Below, piece by piece: positions 1-16,302 of a stretch of 64,000 bases of DNA (positions within the stretch are counted from its first letter, which is position 1; each line of letters starts with the position of its first letter). The stretch is from the NCBI RefSeq assembly GCF_009914755.1, contig NC_060927.1; one strand, written 5' to 3'. A program made the position numbers and the translations under genes. The notes beneath the pieces are model-generated. The model made no database searches, was not told the origin of the DNA, and worked only from the letters and a program-made list of their open reading frames with translations. The DNA comes from the human T2T-CHM13v2.0 reference genome, Homo sapiens.

Positions 1-338
<338 letters not shown>

Positions 339-1405
339 TAATTATCTGTCCAATTGTGGTAATGTGGGAACCGAGGTCCAGAGAGGTGAGTAACTTGCCC
401 AGGGTGCAGGATGAAAAGAGGGCCGGCGGTGAGGTCGCTGGACTCCTCAAGCAGAGGTTTTTCTGCCGCCCCAGAGTGCAGGCAGATGCAAGGGCTTTCT
501 TTGTCACCTCCTTCTTCCTGACAGAACAGCAGCCTTGGACAATGGCGAACAGCACTCTTGAAATCTGATCCCGGACCTCACACTTCTCTCCACACTTCTG
601 TCACCATGTCTTCTTATCTTCTCACTGTCTCCTCTGTCTCACCCTCATGTGTCAAGACTCTGCCCCTGAATTCCCTCGCTTGACTGTCTCCTTGATTTCT
701 CCATGGACTCCCACACCATCTGCTAGTTAGTACCTTGCTGGGAGCAATTTCCAGAAACTCCCTGAGGCCCTGATTCTGCTCCTGAGCTGCCCATTGGATA
801 TCTCTCAGATGTCCTGCTAGCTACCTCAAGTCAACATGTCCCAAAGGGACCTCACCACCTTTTCCTCCCAAACCAGTCCTCCCCTGTGACCTTGCTATGC
901 CTGTAAGTGGTACCACCGTTCTTAATCCTCCTGGACCACACGGACCACCCGCTGGCACAGTGCCCATAATGGCCATCCACCTGCTGTGGCCTAATGCTTT
1001 GGAGACCCCAGTGAAGATCAGTTCTGAAGTTGAGACTGAGGCTGGGTCTGGCTTCCTGCAGCCCTTGTCCTACCCTGAGATCATGACCCCATCTTCCTTT
1101 GCACTGGTGTGTTCATTTTTTTGTAAATATAATGCTATTTTTATTGAAATAATTCATATGTACTACTTAAAACCAAATAGTCCTACTAAGTATATAATGA
1201 AAAAACAGATTGCTCCCTGTGTCATTTCTTTTTACTTGTGATTACTACTCCTTAGAGGTAATTGCAACATTTTTTGCTGTTTCTTCAGGTATTTACCTCC
1301 ATTTTTCAAATGCGGTAAATGGTAATCTTAGATTTTTTCATTCTGGACATTATCTATTGATTTTTAATAAAGATGCTGTCAATATCCCATCTGTATGCCT
1401 TAGAC

Positions 1406-1942
<537 letters not shown>

Positions 1943-1959
1943 CCTTAGACATTTCTAAG

Positions 1960-2368
1960 CAGCATTCTTCCTTACTTCTAACTGCCGGGGGCTGCATCTC
2001 TGTATCTGAAAGCTTCTGGGGTCTGCCCTCACAGACTAGACATACCTAGAAATTAATATGCCATCTCCCCCAATCCCAGCAGTCCTCAACTAATGGCTGT
2101 CAGGAGCTGGAGTATAAATACCTCAGCTCCCTCCCCCATGGGTGCGATAATTCCAAAGCATGTGTTTTGCCCCATTTCCCAGAGTTTTCCCAGTAAGATT
2201 AAGCTCCAATCGCCCACAGCTGTGCCTGGCTTAATCACACATTCTTTATTGGCTGTTTTCCCTTCCCTACATCACTTTCCCAACTCCCTGTGCAAGCTGT
2301 CCCCTGCATTTCCCAAATAAACTACTTAAGTCTCAGAGTCTGCTTCTGGGGAAACCCAAACTAAGATA
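1960..2368 (+). mobile_element. LTR16-family ERVL solo LTR
   Basis: 3' end CCCAAATAAACTACTT...GTCTGCTTCTGGGGAAACCCAAACTAAGATA, typical of LTR16. Confidence 0.7.
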
Positions 2369-2899
2369 ACTTCCTTATAGGAAGATGAGGATTTACCTTC
2401 CTGCCAACTTCTTTCCCTGAACACATTCTCTTAATATCATTGTAGCATGGTTTTTAGTTAAATCAACATTCAGTATATACATTATTATGACTATGTAAAT
2501 ATTGCTTGCAACCGAGCAACATAAACTAGGATTATATTTTTTAAAAAAGCATTTCCCTTTAGAGTTAATAATACCTTCTTTCTTTTCTTTGCTTAGTTTT
2601 CTATGTACTTATCACTAATTTGTCCCCAACTCTCTTATAGAGTAGAACTCTATATAGTAAAATAAATCATGTTATCTCTATGTTCTATTATTTCCTTGGA
2701 AACCACTCCTGAAGCCTGGAGTTTTCCTGCTCCAATGTGGACTGGTTGCTTTCCTGGTTTGCTACGCAACTATTATCCTGGGGCTCCCTTCATTATCATT
2801 CTAGAAAGTTCTTTTCCCTCTCTCTCCTATATGAATTCCCCTATTGTCTGTGTCCCATGTCTTCTTTCATGATTTACTTTCTCTTCACGTCTTTTATGA

Positions 2900-4100
2900 G
2901 AATGGGTACATCAGAGACAAATTATTTGAAATCTGGAATGTCTGCAAATAACTTTGTTCGTGTTTTATTGACAATTTGACTTGCTAGAGAATTCTAGAAA
3001 AAAAATTGTCTCCCAGAATTTGGTGGAAATTTGTCTACTGTCTTCTAGCTTCTTCTTTTTTTTAAATAATTTTTAAAATGATTTAAAAATTTTTAAATGA
3101 TTTATTTGGTAATTATTCCCCAGACTTTTCTCAGTTCCTCCTTCTGGAGCTCCTGCTTTTATTTGTTTCTATTTTACTTTACATAGTAATTTATTTCAAA
3201 AGTATATTTAATACTTACACATGTATTATTTTATTAGCTACTTTGTAATATGATTATACATTTTTGCATTTGAAATGCTTTATATATTTAATTCTGCAAT
3301 TTTTTAATTTTATGAATTCTGTTTTTTACAATGTTATTGAGGTATATTTGAGTTTTATAAAATTTCCCCATTTTGAGTGTACAATTTAATGGCTTCACTG
3401 GGCGCAGTGGCACCTGCCTATAATCTTAGCTACTCACGAGGCTGAAGTGGGAAGACTGCTTGAATCCAGGGGTTTGAGACCAGCCTGGGCAATATATGAA
3501 GACTCCACCTTAAAAAAAAAAAAAGACTTTTAAATTCACCAAGTTCTACAACCATCACCACAAACAAATTTTAGAATGTTTCCATCACCCCAGTAAGATC
3601 CCTCATGCCCATTCCAGCATTTTTTCCCAGTGTATTCTGAACCCCAATCCTTTGTAGGTGACCTAGTTTTTCCTCTCTACAAGGTTCTGCTCTTTATTTC
3701 TGATATGTTACAATGATGTGCCTTAATGTGATTTTTTTTTACTATCCTGGAAAATTTTCAAAGAATTTATTTGGTAATTATTCCCCAAACTTTTCTCAGT
3801 TTCTTCCTACGGGAATTCCTGTTATTCTGGCATTGAGCCTTCTGGAGTAATTGTTTGATGCTTTAATCTTTTTCTTTTATTAATTCTTTTTGTCTTTATT
3901 TGCCTTATTTTTAGGAGATTTTCTAGTTTTTTGTCTTCTAAACCTATACAATATTAAAACTTTAGCAATCTTGATTTCCAAGAGCCCATTCTTATTCTCT
4001 GAAGGTTTTTTTTCCATAGCCCCTGATATTGTTTCCTGGGTTCAATGGTTTTCTAGCCCTCTAAGGATATTAAATATGCCGTTTAAAATTGCAGTGAATT
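2900..4100 (-). mobile_element. Ancient L1 (L1M) fragments with a FLAM Alu monomer at about 3396-3524 (+)
   Basis: T-rich antisense L1 motifs (ATGTTATTGAGGTATA, CCATCACCCCAG...CCCTCATGCCC); monomeric Alu with A-tail. Confidence 0.55.
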
Positions 4101-4567
4101 CTCTGAATTGTCTCTGCTTCGCCTGAGTTTTCCTCCCTCCCTGCCTCCCTCCCTTCGTCCCTCCTTCTTTCCTTCTTCTCCCTTCTCCACCTCTTCTTCC
4201 CCCTTTTTCTTCTACTGGGTTTTGCTTTAGATCCTCTCTTCCTTTCCTCACCATCCGTTCATATTGAAGAGTGAGGCACTGAAAAGCTCATTGAAATCTC
4301 TGTGTGTTGGGGCAGGGCTGGTTTAGTGGCAGGCCGCACCTTAAGGTTATCAGGTAGGAAGCTAATGTTTTACTGGGGATTCCCCAACCAAGGTCAACCA
4401 ATGCCATTATCAACAGGTCTTTCTCTTGAGCCAGTCAGTTTACCCAGCAGGACCTTCCCCAGCCTCTTTCCTCTAGAATGTAAGCCAGGCTTCCAGAATT
4501 CTGGGCTCCCCCGCTTTCCCTTCCCATCAGAAGGAGTGGGTGATCACATTGCTCAAGAATGAGACTT

Positions 4568-4801
<234 letters not shown>

Positions 4802-6169
4802 TCACTTGATCATCCTGCTTTCTCTATGCTGCCTTACCTCTTCATCTTCCATGCCTGGTGCCTTCCCCAGATCCAGAATCTCTCCTTCAGCCTCTCCAGA
4901 GATTAAGCCTGTGTTTTGCAGGGTGGGATGAACAAAGCTGTTTGCCAGGGCTGGAGAGGAGAAGCTGACTTTCAGCTCATCCTTATGTTTGCAGCCCACT
5001 CCATCCCATTAACTTCACAGTTACCCATACCTCCATTTTCTAAACTCTTCCGTTCTTATTTTTTGTTGTTTTTCATGTCAAATTGGCTTCCTTTTTGAAA
5101 GCATCTCTGCCCCTTGCCTGCCCTGCAGCCAGCTTTTTTTTATCTGCTAAGTCAGTTAATACTCATCCAATGGGATCTTTCTTCCAAAATTCTTTGACAT
5201 CATCCATCAGCTGTTGTCTTTTCTCTTGTTCTGATAGTTCTTGTGGGTTTAGACTTTACTACTTTACTGTCATTGTAGGAACAGAGTCAAACACATGGGC
5301 TAAATGTGCCAAGTCTAACCAGAAATTCTCTCCCTGTCCCTGCTGCCACACTCTTCAGCCTGACTCACGTTTCCAGCCTGGAATGCTTACTACTCCCCAG
5401 ACAAACCCAGCTCTTCTTGGCCTCCTTACCTTTGCTGATAACGTTTCTGGAATGTACTCCTTGTCTCCTTTCCATCAAGACTCATCTTAGGGATCATACC
5501 CATGAAACCTCCTCCAATTTACCGCTGCTAGAGAAACATCTTGTCCTTTCTAAAGCTCATGTCATGTGCATGTTTCACCTCTCCTGAGGCACCTATGGTA
5601 TGAACATCCATCGCTCTGCTATACAAGTTCTTTGAGGGAAGGGACAACAGCTTACCGTCTTTGAATCCTCTTCAGCCAGCAGTTGATCTACCTATCTATC
5701 TATTATAACAAGAACCATAAAAATTAAATGTCTGCCATAATGTGTACAGGCATTTTAACCACAATGGTCTCTAACACCTACAGTAATTCTACAAGGTAGG
5801 GTATTAGATTTAATTTTTAGATGGACACTCTAAGAGGTTAAACGACTTCACCAAGGTCCCATAGCCAGCCAAAGGCAGGATCTGAATTGAAGCACTGGTT
5901 TCTTTGTCTCTAAAGTCTATGTTTTTTATCCCAGCTGCTTTGTTTCAGTTATCTTTTTAATTTTAACATTTTATTGCTACCTTTTTATTTTTAACTTGGG
6001 TACTTAACATTTTTCTTTCACCTGTATATTACTCCTGCCACTCTGAAAGTGCAGGTGCAGTGTGGTTATTTTGCTCATTCCAAACTCCTGTGCCTAAAGC
6101 AAGAACCCTCAGCTTGGCCCTGTGGATCCATATCTGTCATTTATCAGGCATAATTGACATATTGGGTCA

Positions 6170-6910
<741 letters not shown>

Positions 6911-7504
6911 TGATACTTGTGGACATCCTGCAGGCTGTTAAATGTTGGCGAACCTACGAACAAGAAGACACTGGTCTGGACACTGGTCTCCAGTGCAACT
7001 CCAGAGAGGATGTGAGGGTATCATTACTGGGTAGGGATGTGCCACCCCAGGCTGGGAGTCAGGAAACCTGAGCTCTAGGCCTCCCTGTTGTGTGGACCCC
7101 CACTCTCTGTACCCTCCACTACCACCCCCAGGCCTCATTTCTCTCATCTTAGAGATGAAGGGTAGCACTGGCCTCCTGGGGCTCCTTGTAAAGGCTCCCA
7201 GCAAAACCAGGTATCTGCTGAATGCCAGCACCATCTGGTGGCCATGGGCCATAACCCAAGCCCATTGCTCCCCACTGCCACTTGGTGGCCACTAATGCCA
7301 CCTTAGGTTTGCCAGGCATTTCACATTAAAAAAAGAATCATTGACATGATCACATGCTATCTTTTCAGCAACTTGAAGAGATATGTAGGATTTGGTACTA
7401 TCTTTTCCTGACAGGAAGCTGGGGCCCAAAGAAATTGGGTAAATGGCATGGAGTCACATGGCAAGCTCACTGGCTGTCACAGCCGGGTTTAAAAGGCTCC
7501 GAAA

Positions 7505-7873
<369 letters not shown>

Positions 7874-8237
7874 TTACACAGGTCATTTAATTTAGTCTGA
7901 GCATACAACCGAGACTCAGTGAGGTTTAATTTACTCAGCATATAGGGTGTGACAGAGGCAGGATTTGAACCCCAGATTCTATGACTCTAACCAGCCCTAT
8001 TTTTCTCCTCCTCAATGTCTGGGGCTGGCCCTGAAGCATACAGAACAATTAAGGCTTCTACCCTCCAGAATTCTGCAGTTCTTTAGGATTGAATCCATAA
8101 ATTTTAGCTAGGCTGATAGCTATCCAGAATATAGACTTCATTTTCCTGCCTTCCTTGCAGCTAGAAATGGACCAATGGTAAGTAAGCAGGACTGGTGTAT
8201 GCAGTTTCAGAAATTAAAGGGAGTGGGCACACCCTTC

Positions 8238-9136
8238 TTTGCCAGCAGCTTCTAAAACAACTCCCAGTGACCCTACTTCCTGGAAGTCATGCCCTTGTGT
8301 AGTTGCCTCCCCTGGAGTATGGGCTGGAGCTTGTACTTCTAACAGATAGAGGGTAGCATAAAACAATGGAAAGTAACTTCTTTTTAAAATTATTTGTTTA
8401 TTTATTAGAGACAGGGCTTTGCTCTGTCACCCAGGCCGGGGTGCAGTGGCACCATCATAGCTCACTGTAACCTCAAACTCCTGGGCTCAAGCTATCCTCT
8501 CACCTCAGTCCCCAGAGTAGCTAGTACTACAGGCATGTATTACCATGCTTGTCTAATTTTCTTATCTTTTGTAGAGATAGGGTCTTGCTGTATTGCCCAG
8601 CCTGGTCTTGAACTCCTGGCTTCAAGTGATTCTTCCACCTCAGCCTCCCAAAGTGCGAGGATTACAGGTGTGAGCCACCATGACCAGCCAGAAGTCACTT
8701 CTAAGATCAACTTACAAAAGACTGTGGCTTCCATCTCCCTGACATTCTTGCTGGCTCTTCTTGCTTGCTCACTTGGATGAAGCAAGCTACCATGCTGTGA
8801 GCTGTGTTATGGAGAAGCCCATGTGACAAGGAACTGAGGGCCCTCTGACCAACAACCAGTGAGGAACTGAGACCCTCAGTCCAACAGCCTGTGGCAAACA
8901 GAATCCTGCCAATAATCATGTTAGTGATCTTGGAAGAAAATCCTTCCCAATTTGAGCCTGGAGATTTCTACAGCTTGGGCCAACACCTTGGTTGCAGACT
9001 TGTGAGAGACCCAAACCAGAGGACCCAGTCAAGCCATGCCCAGAGTCCTGACTTATAGAAACTATAAGATAATGCATGCTATTGATTCATGCCTCTAATT
9101 TGTTGGGTAGTTACACAGCAATAGATAACTAATATA
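8238..9136 (+). mobile_element. MLT1 (E/F-like) MaLR LTR containing an AluJ (8383-8689, -), itself inside an older MLT1 LTR (about 8125-9280)
   Basis: MLT1 motifs (GAGGAACTGAG...CCCTCAGTCCAACAGCC; ACAGCAATAGATAACTAATATA end); 5-bp TSD CCTTC at 8233-8237 and 9137-9141. Confidence 0.8.
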
Positions 9137-10512
9137 CCTTCTTTCTTCCTTTCTTCTTCCTTGCTAATTGGAAAATGGATGTGATAGTTGGAACAGACAT
9201 CTTGGACAATAAAACAGACTTGAGGATTGAGGCCCTACATGGAGGAACAATGAGATAATAGAAGTCTGGGCCCTGACACCGTGATGATTTTGAAATGTCT
9301 TTCTTTCTCAGCTGACTTCAACCCTTCCTCTTTTTGTGTTACCCTTTTATGTAAACAAGGCTATGTCCAAGCAAAGTGGCGAAATAGGTCAAATTTGCCT
9401 CTGATATCCTAGTTGTTTCTGCATCTTCTTTACTCTTTCCTTGACATTTTCCTTGTCTAATGCTCAGTCCTCTTCAGTCCTTGTCTAATGCCCAGTCCTG
9501 CCTAGGATCCCCTTTAAAGCCCAGATCCTAGCCCTGGACATTTCTCTCCACCCTCTTCTTGCTATTGAGTTCTGGCAGAATGCCCAGTTCTAAGTTCAAA
9601 AGGCTGATAAGTGATGTGATTATTTGCTGCAGGAGTACAGGAGCAGTGGCAGGGGTGGGGCTGGAAGACAAAATAAGCAGATTTCAAATGATAACATTTC
9701 TGGAATTGTGAAATTATTAGAAAGAGAAATTTTTTTTTCTAAGGCTGAAAGAAAGAGGGATGAGGGAAGGCATTAGAATGAATGAGTGAATGAAAAGTGA
9801 AAGCCAGCCTGCTGTTGAGAATACAAAACGGTAGAGAATATAGATACTATTCCTTTTACGACTTTGGGAAGCAATTTATGATTCCTGAGTCCCTCTTTTT
9901 TTGTTGCTATTCTAGTAATGTTTGGATATAAAACATGATACTTGCTATAGGTCAGGAGAATTTGGCCTTTTGAGCTTCCATAATTTATTTCTATCATGGA
10001 TCTTGTAAATGTTGTGTTTTTTAGTGTTGTCTTCCTGGCTAGGGATCAGGTACTGGCTTTCATTCATATTTGTGTTCCTGGCAACAAGCACTGTGCCTGG
10101 CACATAATAGGTACTCAGTCAATGCTGGAGTATGCTGTAAGGGAGATCTTTATTCCTCGATCCTGACTTTGGAAGCATTCTCAGGTTCATGCATGTGACA
10201 CCTCCTTCACACACAAATATAGGCTGTCATTGCAGAATTTGTTCATTTATGTCACACAAATTTATGGAGCTCCTACTCTGTGCCAGGTACTATTCTAGAT
10301 GCAAGGAGTACAACCATAAACGAACTAGACAAAAGTCTCTGCTCTCATAGTGCTTATGTACTGGTGGGGAAGACAGAAACTTAACAGATAAATAAGTACA
10401 CATATGGTATGTTGGATGATGACAAGTACTATAGAAAAAAATAAAGCATAGGAGAGTGGTGACAGAATGTGGGGAGGATGAGAGTGGCTAGGGAAGACTT
10501 CCCGGAGGTGAC

Positions 10513-10825
10513 TGTGGCAGGAGCCAGCTATACTCCCTAGAATTCTGTGCTCCTCTACACTCCCTGGCCTCTGTCGTAATAAAGCAGGGCTGGGTGGCTG
10601 GTGCTGGCCAATGGACTGTGAGCCGAAGGGGCGCATGTCACTTTCAGGCCAAGGCAATTCAGAGTCAGTGGGCTTTCTGCACCCCTCTCTTCTGCCTCAG
10701 AGCATTTAGAGGCCATGTGTTTAGAAAACAGTGTCACCAGATGGAAAGAAACTGGGTTCCCGAGAACTGAGTGGAGAAGAGAACTGCTCCTCATCTTCCT
10801 TGTATTTATTGCCCTGACTAATGCA
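10513..10825 (+). mobile_element. MLT1 (I/J-like) LTR inserted in an L2 fragment (about 10240-10940)
   Basis: TGTGGCAG...GACTAATGCA termini; TSD GTGAC at 10508-10512 and 10826-10830; L2 motifs on both sides. Confidence 0.75.
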
Positions 10826-11099
10826 GTGACATTTGAGCAAAGCCCTGAAGAAGGTGAGTGAGTGAGCCAAGTGGTTATCTTGAGAGAGGAACACCCCAGG
10901 CAGAGGGAACATGAGAGTGACAGCTGGACTAGGTTGAATCACTTACAGAGAACCAATTTTATGCCTCTCCAGCCTGCTTGGACATTTTGACTCAATGAAG
11001 TTTGCATATGTATACATGCAAACACAAAACTAAAGACTCCTGATTTTTAGATTAAAAACCCTGTACACCAGGTTTTGGTTTTGGCTTTTAAAATCATTA

Positions 11100-11406
<307 letters not shown>

Positions 11407-11409
11407 AAA

Positions 11410-11720
11410 TTATTTTAATAAGCTTGATTCTTTAGAGTGATTTTAGGTTCACAGCAAAATTGAGAGGAAGGTACAGAGACTTCTCATACACTGCCTGCCC
11501 CAGGCACAGATGGTCTCCTCCACCAGAGTGCTACATTAGTTACAGCTGATGGACCTGCACTGACACATCATTACATCATTATCATCCACATCTACAGTTT
11601 ACCTTAGGGTTCATTCTCGGTGTTGTACATTTTGTGGCTTTGGACAAATTTATGATGTTTCCACTATTATAGCATCATACAGAATCATTTCACTGCCCTA
11701 AAAGTTCTCTGTGCTCCAAC
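11410..11720 (-). mobile_element. L1MC-type 3' end
   Basis: TTTTAGGTTCACAGCAAAATTGAG...GGTACAGAG motif. Confidence 0.7.
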
Positions 11721-12899
11721 AAGTTCCCTTTTTAAAAAAGGAAAAGAGGCCAGTTTATTTTGTGATTGTGAGCAAAAAAGAAATGACAAAGGCATCCATC
11801 TCCTATTCTCTGCCTTTTGCTCTCAGGAACAGACATTTTTTTCCTTCAGAAGAGATGTGGCTTATTCTAGATGCAGGGGTAATAGTGATGTCTGGGTCGA
11901 GGTCTGCATCCTTCACTCTTGGGGAGAGCTGGAGGCAATAGAGCCGGTGTAAGGACACCATCCAACTGTGGCAGCCCTCAGTGGCGCCCTCTTCTAGCTC
12001 CTGTGCACCCCGCAGGCCAGCCCTCACTGCTTCCCAAGGCTCTGAGAGCTCACATGCAACCTTTTTTCTCATTGGCTTAATTTCTCTTAAGACCACTTCA
12101 CAAAAGCTCCATTGTAATCACTATCTGCTCAACTGCTTTCTCTTACTTACAAGTTTAGTAAACACAAACATTCTTCTGTCTAGGTCTTACTGACCTGTAG
12201 AAAGTTAACTGATGAATGGTACATTTTAAGTCAAAACATACTCTCTGAACCCCAAACATAGTAGAGCTTTTGGTACTCTTTCCAAAAAGAAGAAAATCAT
12301 TACACTATTCTATATGGAAAAATTCCAATATATAAGCTGATGCAAATTTTGCCTTGCAAAAAAATCTCAATACCTGTGTTTAGATAAGTACAAATGAAAC
12401 TTTAAGAAATTCCAGTATCACTGTTTCTCAAACTTGGATATCGTTCAGATCCTTTGTAAGGGGAAAAGATTCTCACAGATATCTAGAGTTAGCTTATAAT
12501 TTTTTATAATGTTGCATACATATATGTGTATGTATATATGCAAACACAAAACTAAGAGCTCCTGATTTTTATAGATTTTATGCATCTATAAAACTAAAAA
12601 AATAAATTGAATACAAACAAAACTACCAAATGAGGAAATGCAAATCTACAATTTTGATTTAATATAAGGAATGATATTTTGCTGGAGCCAATATTCACAT
12701 GAATATTGTAATACTGTGTGATGACTCAATTCTCCCACTACCCTTTGTTAGTGCAGCACACCACAATATAATTTGCCTATAACTTGGTGTGACCACATCA
12801 TTTATTTTAAACATCATTCTCTGTTTTTTTTTCCTCACAAGTCTGTAACAATTCACTCAGTACTATTTGCAATCACAAATCCAGCAGTGAAACTGCATT

Positions 12900-13630
12900 C
12901 CCAGAATAATTATAAAGGGCTGATAAATTTATATAGATATTCCACTCCAATAGTAATCCCATACAGGTTAAAATGAGAGACCATTTCATCTATCATATTG
13001 GCAAATCTTTTTTTTTTTAAGATAAAATAAATGCCAGTGGGGGTGCGTGTGATGGGCACCACTGAGAGCTTCTGGTGAGAATGAAAACTGGCCTGACATT
13101 TCTGGAAGGCAGTTTGACCACGGGTATTCACAGACTTAAGAGTTTTCAAAGCCTTTGAATCAGTAATTCCACTTATAGGTTGCTAGCCTAAGGAAGGAAA
13201 TAATTTTAAAATGTGGGCAAAGATAATGTGTAAGGATATTCATGGCAATGTTCTTGTTAGCAGTAAAAAATAGGAACTCCTGTATATGTCCAAAAATAGT
13301 GGAATAATGAAATACATGAAACTATATCATTAATAATTATGTAGCCATGACAAATAATATTTGTGAACAATTTTAGTGATGGTGGATAGTGCTCAAGATA
13401 TAATAGTGAAAAAAAGAGGATGGATTATTAACTATATATCCTATAAATATATAGAATACACAACTAAATATTCTATGCAGTTCTATTATGTCACAAATGT
13501 AAATATACAAAGAAAAAGATCCAACGGATAAGCCAAAACTATAAGTGCCTTTTTCTGGGATGTGGGTAATTTCTGCTTTATTTTAAAATATTTCCTGAAT
13601 TTTCCAAGTTTTCTACAATAAGCACACATT
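12900..13630 (+). mobile_element. Ancient L1M 3' region
   Basis: GGAAGGCAGTTTG, CAGTAATTCCACTT and GGATATTCATGGCAATG match the degenerate end of L1 ORF2 and 3' UTR. Confidence 0.6.
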
Positions 13631-13890
13631 TTTTTTTATTATTATTAAGGCAAACAGCCCTGGAAAGGATAGCATTTGAGATTACTTCCTGCTGTGAACA
13701 GAGGTACATAAAAGGGCTGTTACTTTGGAGAGGTCTCAGAGTCAGTCTGGACCATCCTAAAATATTCTTTATTATAAGTTGAAATCTGCCTCTCTGCAAC
13801 GTCCATACACAGGTCGTAGGCTTGCTTTCTTTCTACAGCTATTCAGAATAAGTCTATGAGTGTTGCAGAGATATTTCAAAAGGGTCAGTT

Positions 13891-13936
13891 TTTTAAAGTA
13901 ATGGCAAAAACCGCAATTACTTGTGTACCAACCTAA
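13891..13936. mobile_element. Half MADE1 (Hsmar1-derived MITE)
   Basis: AAAGTAATGGCAAAAACCGCAATTACTTGTGTACCAACCTAA followed by TA. Confidence 0.85.
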
Positions 13937-14435
13937 TAGCTACCTTTCCACTGCTCACCCCTATGACCCTGCTCTCCCCTACTTCTGCTAATTTCTTTTC
14001 CTCTGGATACTTTCAAAAGTTCTCTGTCACACAGGCTTTCTGGTCTCACCAGCTTGCTTATCCTTCTGTAGACAGTCTCTAGTTTAATAGCTTTACTAGA
14101 AAAATGTGATATTCAGAACCAAAGGCCGGTTTCCAGCCTTCTAAAGCACAGCTATCATCTTGCCACTCCTCTGCTCGAGTTCCTCTGGAGACTCTCACCA
14201 GAAGAGCAGAACACCCCAGCTTAGCGTGCAATGTCTTCCTGGATCTGGTCCTAGCCTTTCCAGCCTCATAGCCCACCACATCTCTAATACACACTACACC
14301 AGTGTCTTCAAACTATGGGTTGCTCTGCATCACTGAGTACTGAAATGAATTCAGTAACCAGCACTTAAAAAAAGAGAATAGAATAGAAAATACCAAGTTG
14401 CATTGTACACTCTAAGGGCAATTACTGTTTCAGCA

Positions 14436-14474
<39 letters not shown>
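14436..14474. repeat. (ATCT)n microsatellite
   Basis: About 9 perfect ATCT units. Confidence 0.95.
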
Positions 14475-14521
14475 AATGCACACTCACACATATGCGCATA
14501 CTGTGTGTGTTTTTATACTAG

Positions 14522-14827
<306 letters not shown>

Positions 14828-15899
14828 TGAAATGTATTTCTTACTGTGAGGGATGATTAAAAGAAGGTTGAAAGCCACTGGCCACACCACGGCTACATCA
14901 GGCCAATAACTAGTTCCCAAACTTGCTTTGTACTGCCTTTGATCCCACCCTTCCCTCAGCTAGGCATTCTCCCTGCTCTCTGCTACTGAAATCCTTCAAG
15001 GCCCTGACAAGATACCACATCCTTCCTTGAGTGTTTCACCCTTTCCCCCTGTCTGTGCGAAAATGGTGGTTCAATGTCTTTCTTTATATTACTCAAAACA
15101 GCCTGCCTTGTATTTTGTTATGTCTGTACACTGAATTCTTAGAAAATAAATACCTGGAGGACAGGGCAACACCTTCGGGTCTTCTGAAGGCCCAGAAGTC
15201 TAGTGAACCTAGCTGATGCTCAAAAATGTCTGCCCAACCGAATATTTTCTGTATCTCCTTCCAAGAGTATCTTCTGGTGTTCTTCCTCCTGTTTTCTTGA
15301 CCTATATAGCCCCCAGCAGGCCTAAAATCTGTGTCCTGGGGCTAATGTTACGTACAGTGATGACTCTAGAAACCAGTCTGTTCTGAAAGCTTTCACCTTT
15401 CTTCAGGAGCGATAAGAGAAATAAGCATACGTTTTTGTTCATTTTTCAGATGTTTCCTTTATTTGAGACTATGTTTCTCCTGTATTTTTGGTGTTAAGAT
15501 GTATTTTGGGGAGCAACACTGATGATATATTACAAGATAATAGTTGGTATTTTAGTATGTGTGTGCCTATTGTACTTATTTGACACAATAAATAGGCAAT
15601 TCTGAGTTCATCTTTTAAAAAAAAAAAAAAGTTAAAAAAAATTTACTGGTTGCAAACTCCAAAAGGCAGGGAATCAACTTCCCTTCTGGGCTGGCTGCAA
15701 GTAAGTTCACTTTCTTAAAGGAGGAGCTTTCTCCTCTCACCTCAAGGACTGTTATTTATTTGTCTGCGCTACTCTTTCGACGTTTCCATTCTCTTGGTCC
15801 TCAAGATGTGAATCACCCATTTTTTCCGTAGGGGGGAAGACGGCGTATCTCTGGCCCTTTAAATAGGGGCGTGGTGAAGAGGCGCGGACCGCCCAGGAG

Positions 15900-16027
15900 G
15901 GGGAGCAGTGCGAGGAGGAAAGCGGAAGCGCTGCCCGCAGTGGTAGGTAGTGCGCGTGCGTGAGGCTAGAGCAGTGGGTGCGGTCACGTGGGCCGGCGGT
16001 CCACGGCCGGAATGGCAGCAAGCTCAG
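15900..16027 (+). other. VPS8: VPS8 exon 1 (5' UTR); start approximate
   Basis: Donor CAG|GTAACG at 16027/16028 inside the CpG island. The TSS cannot be fixed from sequence alone. Confidence 0.75.
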
Positions 16028-16302
16028 GTAACGAGTTTCCAGAGAGCGGGCCCGTGGAAGGAGACAGGATTGAGGGGCCGTATTCAGGGTAGGAGGAGAG
16101 CGCGCGACAGGTCTCTGAGCCTCGGCGTCTCCTCCCCGCGCGACAGCGGCGGGACCTCGGGGAGCGAACAGAGCAGCCCCTGACGGGCTAACCGGACCCG
16201 AGCCACGGGCCGGGCGGGGTTGATTCTCGAGTGGAGGGGCGTGTCGTACGTTGGCCCGGAACTGGGTCGGGCAATTTCCACTTACTGGTTCCAAATGAAT
16301 GT

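Noticed and set aside
4125-4255. Long polypyrimidine tract and its minus-strand Gly/Arg-rich ORF
   Set aside because: Low-complexity CT-rich repeat with no downstream exon evidence.
9451-9500. CCTTGTCTAATG(C)xCAGTCCT repeated twice, and the 29-bp repeat at 36038, as CRISPR-like or functional arrays
   Set aside because: Only two units, no spacers, eukaryotic context; ordinary slippage duplications.
15940-15950. GTG|GTAGGT as donor of a shorter alternative exon 1
   Set aside because: Depends on the unknown TSS position; cannot be supported from sequence alone.
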